DNA of 64,000 nucleotides from Candidatus Eiseniibacteriota bacterium (GTDB lineage Bacteria; Eisenbacteria; RBG-16-71-46; CAIMUX01; VGJL01): NCBI GenBank assembly GCA_016867495.1, contig VGJL01000001.1, positions 92,153 to 156,152 of the forward strand, read 5' to 3'. Shown piece by piece: positions 57,881 to 64,000 of this stretch (position 1 is its first letter; each line of letters starts with the position of its first letter). The notes under the pieces were generated by a model. It saw only the letters and a program-made list of their open reading frames with translations, ran no database searches and was not told where the DNA came from. The position numbers and the translations under genes were made by a program.

Positions 57881-59338
57881 CTCGACGATCCTCGGCGTCA
57901 CGAAGATCATGAGCTCTCTACGGTCATTGCGCACATCGCTCGACTTGAAGAGGTTGCCGAGGAGCGGAATCGATCGCAGGATCGGGATCCCTTCCTCGAA
58001 TCTGGTCTCGGCCGTGCGGATCAGTCCGCCGATCACGGCCGTCTCGCCGTCCCCGACCATGACCCGGGCGTCCGCCTCCGTCGTCGTGAAGACGATCCCG
58101 CCCTGGACGGTCGCCTGCGAGGAGAGGTCGCTGACCTCCGGATGGAGGTCCATCGTCACCCGCCTGTCAGCGTTGATGTAGGGCGTCACCTCGAGGGTGA
58201 TCCCCACCTTCTTGAGCTCCGTGATCGGGTTGCCCGCCTGATCGAGGACGATGAGCGGGACTTCCTTGCCGACGAGAATCCGCGCCTTGCGGTTGTTGAC
58301 CGTCGTGATGCGCGGCAGAGAGATGATATTGGCCTTGTTCTCCCGCTCCAGCGCCTGGATCGTCCCATCGATGTCCCCGAAACGCCTCACGACGCCGAAG
58401 TCCAGCTCGGCCGCCGCGGACACCAGCGGCGACTCGTGGCTGATCGACCCGGAGAGCCGCTCCTTCGAAGAATGGAGATTCTGGACGTTCCATGTGATCC
58501 CGAGCTGCCTCGCGGCCGAGGCGTCGACGTCGACCAGGCGGGCGACGATCTCGACCTGACGGGTCTCGCTGTCCAGGTCCTCGACCAACTGCCGGATCTG
58601 GGCCACCCTCTCGGCGATGTCGGTCACCAGGATCGAGTTCGTCCGGGGATCGACTTCCGCGCTTCCCCTCTTGCTCAACGCGAACTGGACGCAGCTCTTG
58701 AGCTCCTCCGCCGTGGCGTAGTCGACCTGGAAGATGGCCGTCTCAAGGGGCAGAACCTCCTCGCGCTTGCGCGCGGCGGCCTCCACTTCCAGATCCTCCT
58801 CGGCGATAGTCTTGCGCGAGGCGACGCGCAGGATGTCGCCCTGGGATACGGCGGTCAGGCCTGCCGAGCGGCAGACGACATCGAGGGCCCGTCGCCACGG
58901 GACCTGCGAGAGCCTCACGTTGACCGCTCCCGAGACGTTGTTGTCCGGAATGATGTTGACCTTGCCGAAGGCGGCGATGGAGCGAAGGACCGTCCGTATG
59001 TCGGCCCCCTGGATGTCCAGATCCATCGGCTCTCCGCCTCCGGGCGGATCGATGAGCGAAGGCGCGGCGAGCGCGGCGTCCACGATCTCGGCGCGAGGAT
59101 CCCACCGCCCCATGGAGGGAGCCTCATCGTGAACCGAGTTGGGGCTCTCGTGGGAACGCATCGCTTCCCGCTCGGCCATCACCTTCATGATCAACGCCCT
59201 GTCGGCCGGGAAGTGCCGCTGCGGCCCATCGGCCGACCCGGCCGTCGCCCAGAGGGCCACGCCCAGCGTCACGACCGTGACGAGCAGACTAACGGTTGCG
59301 GGACCGCGGATTCTCATTCCATCCCCCTCCCTGCTCAA
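57857..59338 (-). CDS. pilQ: Type IV pilus secretin (PilQ/GspD family), short form
   Basis: Secretin C-domain (ITTVNNRKARILVGKEVPLIV...TAVIGGLIRTAETRFEEGIPILRSIPLLGNLFKS...LMIFVTPRIV) and an N0/N1-like region. 493 aa, with no long AMIN-type N-terminal domains. Confidence 0.8.
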   Translation of the reverse strand: MSREGDGMRIRGPATVSLLVTVVTLGVALWATAGSADGPQRHFPADRALIMKVMAEREAMRSHESPNSVHDEAPSMGRWDPRAEIVDAALAAPSLIDPPGGGEPMDLDIQGADIRTVLRSIAAFGKVNIIPDNNVSGAVNVRLSQVPWRRALDVVCRSAGLTAVSQGDILRVASRKTIAEEDLEVEAAARKREEVLPLETAIFQVDYATAEELKSCVQFALSKRGSAEVDPRTNSILVTDIAERVAQIRQLVEDLDSETRQVEIVARLVDVDASAARQLGITWNVQNLHSSKERLSGSISHESPLVSAAAELDFGVVRRFGDIDGTIQALERENKANIISLPRITTVNNRKARILVGKEVPLIVLDQAGNPITELKKVGITLEVTPYINADRRVTMDLHPEVSDLSSQATVQGGIVFTTTEADARVMVGDGETAVIGGLIRTAETRFEEGIPILRSIPLLGNLFKSSDVRNDRRELMIFVTPRIVERLASNQP

Positions 59339-59774
59339 GCGGCAGCGACTTGGTTCGCGAGGCGCCGTACTCCGTCACATGGACCACGACCCGGTCAGGC
59401 CGGATCACAGCTACGCTTCCATCCCCCAATCGGTCGCCCTCCCGGAGGATCAGGCTGCGGCCGTCCTCCGTCTCGAGCAGGGCGAAGCGGTCCTTTTCGG
59501 CCCAGAGGATCCCGACCACCCTCAACTCCTCGCTCATCGGCCTCGGGCTGGGATTCTCGTCTATGTACTCGTCCGAGATCAGGCTGACGAAGATGTCCCG
59601 CCGCCCCATCCCTTCGTAGTAGTAGGGGTCGGGCGCCATCAGCAGGTCGTCCAGCTCGTCTGCCGGCGGCTCTGCGGCCGGGGGAGTCGCGTCCGCTGCG
59701 ACCGCGAGGCCGCTCATCCCGATCAGGGCGGCCGAGATCAGCCCCAGAGCCCGAGCGACGGATCTCTCACTCAT
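59289..59774 (-). CDS. pilP: Pilus assembly protein PilP-like
   Basis: Signal peptide, Pro/Ala-rich linker and a C-terminal beta domain (LRVVGILWAEKDRFALLETEDGRSLILREGDRLGDGSVAVIRPDRVVV), typical of PilP. Its position between pilO and pilQ supports the call. Confidence 0.6.
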   Translation of the reverse strand: MSERSVARALGLISAALIGMSGLAVAADATPPAAEPPADELDDLLMAPDPYYYEGMGRRDIFVSLISDEYIDENPSPRPMSEELRVVGILWAEKDRFALLETEDGRSLILREGDRLGDGSVAVIRPDRVVVHVTEYGASRTKSLPLEQGGGWNENPRSRNR

Positions 59775-60483
59775 CGCTCCCCTCCCCTCGCTGCTTCGCC
59801 TTGAGCTTGCGCCCCGCTTCCTTCGCCTGCTCCATCTTCTTGTTGATGCTCCCTTTTCCCTTCGCCTTCTTGTCCCCCTTCGCCTCTCGGTCCTCATCCC
59901 CCGGCGGAACCCCTGTCCCGCCCAGGGTGTAGGTCCTCGCAACGAAGGAGGCGGCGGCCGGCTTCTCGAGGGGAGAGTCCTTCGCGCTCTCGATCGAGAG
60001 GTCGCTGACCGTCACGATCCGCTCCATGTTCGCGATCTCTCCGAGGAACGTCCCGATCTCGTGGTAGCCCCCCTCGACCTTGATCTCGATCGGATGCTCC
60101 GTGTGAAACTGCGCCGGCTGAGGCGGCGAGGGCCTGAAGAGGACGAAGCCGACCCCGGCCTGATCGCCGATCGTCGTGATCGCCCGCAGGAGGGAGGCCA
60201 TCTCCTGCTGGTCCGGCAGGAGCTGCTGGGCGGTCGCCCATTTGCGGTGAAGAAGATCGAACTCCTTCTCCATGTACGGAAGCGAGTTGATCGTCTGCCG
60301 CGCCTTCGTCAAGTCCTGCGTCAACCCCTCGTAGCGCCCCGAGAGCTCCTTGAGCTCCGACGCCCCCGCCTTGTACGTGAACGGAACCAGCGTCGTCATG
60401 AAATAGACGTACAGGAGGGCCGCCCCCAGGGCCGATCCCAGGATGATCTTGCGGCTCTTCGGATCGTTCAGCTGCAGTGCCAT
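59767..60483 (-). CDS. pilO: Pilus assembly protein PilO
   Basis: N-terminal TM helix, a coiled-coil and the PilO core. Followed by a Lys-rich C-terminal tail. Confidence 0.65.
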   Translation of the reverse strand: MALQLNDPKSRKIILGSALGAALLYVYFMTTLVPFTYKAGASELKELSGRYEGLTQDLTKARQTINSLPYMEKEFDLLHRKWATAQQLLPDQQEMASLLRAITTIGDQAGVGFVLFRPSPPQPAQFHTEHPIEIKVEGGYHEIGTFLGEIANMERIVTVSDLSIESAKDSPLEKPAAASFVARTYTLGGTGVPPGDEDREAKGDKKAKGKGSINKKMEQAKEAGRKLKAKQRGEGSDE

Positions 60484-60521
60484 GCCGTCTCTCTCCCCTC
60501 GTCGCGACGAAGCGCCCGCCG

Positions 60522-61082
60522 CTAGGGCTTGACGCTGCTGGTGAGAACGAAGCGGACGACCTTCCCGTCTCCGACCTTCGCCCGCTCGCTGACCGAGAGC
60601 GCGACGTCCTGGAAGATGTCCCTCTCCTCGAGCCGCATCATCAGCTCGGCCACGAGCGTGTTGGAGAACGTCATCCCCTCCAGCTCGATCGCGCCGGGAG
60701 CCTTCTGCTCCACCCGCGTGAACCACAAGTACTCGGGCGTCTCGGCCGCGATCTCATCCATCATCTGGACCGGCAGGTAGCGGTCGCGACCGAGGTCCTG
60801 GATGGTCACAAGCCGCTGGTTCAGGTCCTGGCGTTCCTTCATCAGGACCTGAATCCTCTCGATCTGCGGTTTGAGACGCCGCGCCTCGGCCTCGGCGAGC
60901 CCGATATCCTCCTTGAGGGTCGCGATCTTGTAGCGCTGCATCACGCCGATTCCGACGATCGGCGCCAGGACGGCGATCGACAGCGCGAGTGTGAGCCAGA
61001 ATCCCCGTCTGGGGACCTTCAGGAGGGCTGGGCGGTCGTGCCGCTCGCGCTCCTCTTCGAGCAGAAGATTGACGCGAATCAC
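60522..61082 (-). CDS. pilN: Pilus assembly protein PilN
   Basis: Starts with the conserved (V/M)IRVNLL motif at a GTG whose start overlaps the pilM stop. Single TM helix and a periplasmic coiled-coil. Confidence 0.65.
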   Translation of the reverse strand: MIRVNLLLEEERERHDRPALLKVPRRGFWLTLALSIAVLAPIVGIGVMQRYKIATLKEDIGLAEAEARRLKPQIERIQVLMKERQDLNQRLVTIQDLGRDRYLPVQMMDEIAAETPEYLWFTRVEQKAPGAIELEGMTFSNTLVAELMMRLEERDIFQDVALSVSERAKVGDGKVVRFVLTSSVKP

Positions 61083-62149
61083 TTCTCGTGTGCCTTTCTC
61101 AGGGCGAGCCCGATCGCCACCGTGAGCTGTGGACCAACAACCTTGGGGTCGTCGCCACCGAAGACATCCGGGGTGTAGCTGATCCTTCGCAGCGGGTCGA
61201 CCAGTTCGACCGAGACCCGCTGCCTCTCCGCAAGGACATGGGCCAGGCCCCGAATCCGCGCTCCTCCGCCGCAGACGAAGATCCTGTCCACCCGGTCCGC
61301 CTCTCCGTTGGACTTCAGATAGGCCAGGCTCCGCTCGATGCCGAGGCCGATCTCGTCGCCGAACGATCTCACGGCCGCCGCGATGTCTACCGACCCGGCG
61401 TCCTCGCCCTCCTTGCACGCGGCGACGGCCTCGTCCCTGTTGATCTGGTATCGCTTCTGGAGCCCTTCGATGAAGCTCTGGCCTCCGATGGAAAGATCCT
61501 GCGTGTAGAGCGGGATTCCGTCGCGGACAATGTTCACATTGGTCAGCTCGGCGCCGACGTTGACGAACGCGATGGTCTCCTCGCGGGCGAACTCGTAGTT
61601 TGATTCGGCTGCGTTCTGAACGGCGAAGGAGTTGACGTCGATGAGGGAGGGGTCGAGTCCGGCCTCGCGGATCAGGTCGGCGTGGGTCGTGACAAGCTCC
61701 TTCTTCGCGGCGACCAGGAGGACCTGCATCTTCGTCGGCCCCGCATCGACCCCCAGGATCTCGAAGTCCAACGAGACGTCGCTGATGTCATAGGGGACGT
61801 GCTGCTCGGCCTCCCAGTGGATGGCTTCCCTGGCGTCCTTGGGGTCGAGCCGATCCATGGTGATCCGCTTGACAATCACGCCGCGGCCGGCGATCCCGGT
61901 TGCGACCTGTCTCTGCTTGATCCCGCATCGCTCGAGGAGATTCTGAACTGCCTCGACCACCATCTGGCGGTCCATGATCTCCCCTTCCACAATCGCCTCG
62001 GGGAGCAGCTCGACCACTCCGTACTTCAGGAGCCTGGCGCCGTCCTTCCCGGTTTCGAGCTCCGCCACCTTGATCGCGCTGGACCCGATGTCGAGACCTA
62101 CCGCCGACTTCCCCCTTCGGAACACGCGTGACCTCCCGTCCGGGGGCAC
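61079..62149 (-). CDS. pilM: Type IV pilus assembly ATPase-like protein PilM
   Basis: Actin-like fold motifs (VGLDIGSSAIKVAEL, ...VFVCGGGARI). 356 aa. Confidence 0.85.
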   Translation of the reverse strand: MPPDGRSRVFRRGKSAVGLDIGSSAIKVAELETGKDGARLLKYGVVELLPEAIVEGEIMDRQMVVEAVQNLLERCGIKQRQVATGIAGRGVIVKRITMDRLDPKDAREAIHWEAEQHVPYDISDVSLDFEILGVDAGPTKMQVLLVAAKKELVTTHADLIREAGLDPSLIDVNSFAVQNAAESNYEFAREETIAFVNVGAELTNVNIVRDGIPLYTQDLSIGGQSFIEGLQKRYQINRDEAVAACKEGEDAGSVDIAAAVRSFGDEIGLGIERSLAYLKSNGEADRVDRIFVCGGGARIRGLAHVLAERQRVSVELVDPLRRISYTPDVFGGDDPKVVGPQLTVAIGLALRKAHEK

Positions 62150-62221
62150 GCGGACCGGGTGGCGCCCCCGAGGACCCTCTGTCCCCGTTATCGGCCCATG
62201 GGGCGCTAAGATTTACCGGGA

Positions 62222-63025
62222 TCAGAAGCCCCGGCGCTGGAACAGGTCCAGATACCAGGTCCAGATGCGGGGGCCGAGGAGAAGCACCGCCGCGGCGGCG
62301 GGCGCCAGAAACGTCCCGAAAGGCAGGGCGGTCTGGCCTGTCGCGCGGCGTCTGGCCAGGAGGGCGAGCCCGAGGATCGAGCCGACCAGGGAGCTTAGAA
62401 GAATGGTGAGGAAAACTCCCCGCCAGCCCATGAAGGCCCCCAGCATCGCGGCTAACTTGACATCCCCCATCCCCATCCCCGCGATTCCGCGGATCGCGCG
62501 ATAGGCCACGGCGACGAGGAGGAGGGCCCCCCCGCCCACAACCGCCCCCACGATGCCGTCCAGGCGCGAAACGCCCAGGACCGGGCAGACGAGGATGCCC
62601 AGGACGATCCCGGGGAGACTGATCTCATCCGGGATGATCCTGTGGTCGAGATCGATCCAGGTGATCGCGATCATCGATAGGAGGAAAAGCGACCGGACCG
62701 CGAGGCCGAGGAGATCGCTCGACGCGAGGGCGGCAAGAAGGAGCGAGAGGCCTCCCAGCGCCTCGATGGCCGGGTACCGGATGCCGATCGGCGCCGAGCA
62801 GCGCCGGCAACGCCCCCTCAGAAGCAGATAGCTCAGGATCGGTATGTTGTCGTGGATGGCGATCGGCGCCTGGCATCGCGGGCATCGCGAGCCCGGGCGC
62901 GCGACCGACAGGCCCAGCGGGAGCCTGTGGATCACCACGTTCAGGAAGCTCCCGAGACAGAGGCCCAGGAGGCCCAGGAAGATCCAGATTCCCGGGACCT
63001 CCCGAAACCCGAAGTCGACGGTCAT
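62222..63025 (-). CDS. pilD: Prepilin peptidase (peptidase A24), PilD-like
   Basis: N-terminal CxxC...CxxC zinc-binding pairs (CPRCQAPI...CRRCSAPI) and multiple TM helices with catalytic Asp regions. Confidence 0.8.
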   Translation of the reverse strand: MTVDFGFREVPGIWIFLGLLGLCLGSFLNVVIHRLPLGLSVARPGSRCPRCQAPIAIHDNIPILSYLLLRGRCRRCSAPIGIRYPAIEALGGLSLLLAALASSDLLGLAVRSLFLLSMIAITWIDLDHRIIPDEISLPGIVLGILVCPVLGVSRLDGIVGAVVGGGALLLVAVAYRAIRGIAGMGMGDVKLAAMLGAFMGWRGVFLTILLSSLVGSILGLALLARRRATGQTALPFGTFLAPAAAAVLLLGPRIWTWYLDLFQRRGF

Positions 63026-63030
63026 CTTCC

Positions 63031-64000
63031 CTAGTGCAGAGTCCCGGTGATGAACGTCGTCTTGTTTCCGTTCTGGCTCTTGACCGTCACCGTCACGGTC
63101 ACGTCCGACGCCACGTCCACCTCTGGCTCCGGATCGGACAGGACCGCCTGGAACGTCGTGTAGTCGTCGCTCTGCGTGTCGGTGAGAACGAACTCCGTGA
63201 CTCCCCCGAGGCCGCCGGCCGTCGTCGTGACGGTGATGCTCGTGCCCTCAGTGAGAGGATTGAAGTTCGCGTCCCTCACCCGATAGGTGATCGTCACCGA
63301 CCCGCCGTTCGGGATGCTGAATCCCTCATCGGGCTCCGTGATCTCCACGATCGTGTGGCCGCTCCACATCACGTAGTTGCAGGTCTGGATCAGATCGCCC
63401 GACTTGCCGACGGTCTGCGCGCAGATTCGCACCAGGCCGTCTCCGCCCGGGATGGCGGGGAATGGAGCCGCCGTCTCCTCCAAGACACGCGCGTCCCCGA
63501 GGGAGCTCGTGAACCCGCTGCCCTGAACGATGCCGTAGTCCGCGAAGAACCAGGCTGCCGTGGAGTCGGGGACCGGATTGCCCCACTGGTCGCCGATCTT
63601 GGCCGTGACCCCATTGATCAGACCCGCATAGACCAGGCCCGCGATGTTGACGTTTTCAAAGAAGACAGAGAAGTGCTCCGGATCCGGCAGGTCCCCATGG
63701 ATCGCCACGCGCACCGGGCGGGAAAGCAGACCGCCGGATGTCGCCTGGACCTCCACGGTTCCGGAGACGATCCCCGCGTTCACGGTCGCCGTCACGATGC
63801 CCCTGTCGTTTGTCGTCGCCGTGAGAGGCCAAACGGTGGCGTCTGTGCCGCCTCCGAGTGGACGGATCGCGAAGCTCAAAGTGGCCCTGTGATCGGCGTC
63901 GACCGGAATTCCCCGCGCGTCTTGGACCTCGAAGCGGATCGTCGCCGTCTCGTGGTCGGAGGAGCCGCGCACGCCGATCCGCGGATGTTCGACCTCCACG
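63031..64000 (-). CDS. Secreted protein with tandem bacterial Ig-like (Big) domains, C-terminal part (gene continues past the window end)
   Basis: The frame is open to the window edge (the first codon shown is an internal GTG). Repeated about 90-aa units with ...ATS/TVTA...G..T..V motifs typical of Big_2/invasin-like Ig domains. Confidence 0.5.
   Translation of the reverse strand, partial: VEVEHPRIGVRGSSDHETATIRFEVQDARGIPVDADHRATLSFAIRPLGGGTDATVWPLTATTNDRGIVTATVNAGIVSGTVEVQATSGGLLSRPVRVAIHGDLPDPEHFSVFFENVNIAGLVYAGLINGVTAKIGDQWGNPVPDSTAAWFFADYGIVQGSGFTSSLGDARVLEETAAPFPAIPGGDGLVRICAQTVGKSGDLIQTCNYVMWSGHTIVEITEPDEGFSIPNGGSVTITYRVRDANFNPLTEGTSITVTTTAGGLGGVTEFVLTDTQSDDYTTFQAVLSDPEPEVDVASDVTVTVTVKSQNGNKTTFITGTLH

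Noticed and set aside
1..64000. CRISPR arrays, integrases, transposases, toxin-antitoxin pairs and restriction-modification genes
   Set aside because: No evenly spaced short repeats and no recognisable integrase, transposase or nuclease motifs were found in any credible ORF. The only repeat structure is the 175-bp direct repeat pair at 56.7/57.7 kb.

Overview
This is a 64 kb high-GC (roughly 68%) bacterial chromosomal segment that is densely coding, with many genes overlapping by a few nucleotides (translational coupling). The left two-thirds are mostly housekeeping genes.

Housekeeping content (left two-thirds): a TerC fragment, murB, a PBP4-type D-Ala-D-Ala carboxypeptidase, archaeal/eukaryal-type pheS-pheT, rsmE-dnaJ, a polysaccharide sugar-transferase plus GT4 pair, and hemW-lepB-lepA. 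A tRNA-Sec (selC) sits upstream of lepA. Further on are ridA-glmS-glmM, tRNA-Thr and tRNA-Phe, a GAF histidine kinase with a CheY-like regulator, two class-I aminotransferases, a LysR regulator divergent from a myo-inositol-1-phosphate synthase, and lpxL-dprA-obg-coaD-rsmD-aroK-tatA.

The accessory-looking part has four regions:
- 8.5-15 kb: a lipoprotein, a 1459-aa secreted beta-propeller protein, and a transglutaminase-like lipoprotein.
- 40.4-47.5 kb: a PorV-like outer-membrane barrel, a 1044-aa protein with a type-IX-secretion C-terminal sorting domain, and a TonB-dependent receptor.
- 47.9-56.7 kb: a type IV pilus minor-pilin operon that includes a 946-aa PilW-like pilin fused to FN3-like repeats and a lectin-like C-terminal domain, plus two long PilX_N proteins.
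- 57.9-63.0 kb: a convergent pilMNOPQ-pilD block.

A roughly 175-bp direct repeat flanks a lipoprotein gene at the junction of the two pilus blocks. No CRISPR array or obvious transposase/integrase was seen. Long antisense ORFs in the six-frame track were treated as GC-driven artefacts. The T9SS-type sorting domain and PorV-like protein point to an FCB-group-like bacterium, but lineage is not certain from the sequence alone. All similarity statements come from reading the translated ORFs by eye; no database search was run.
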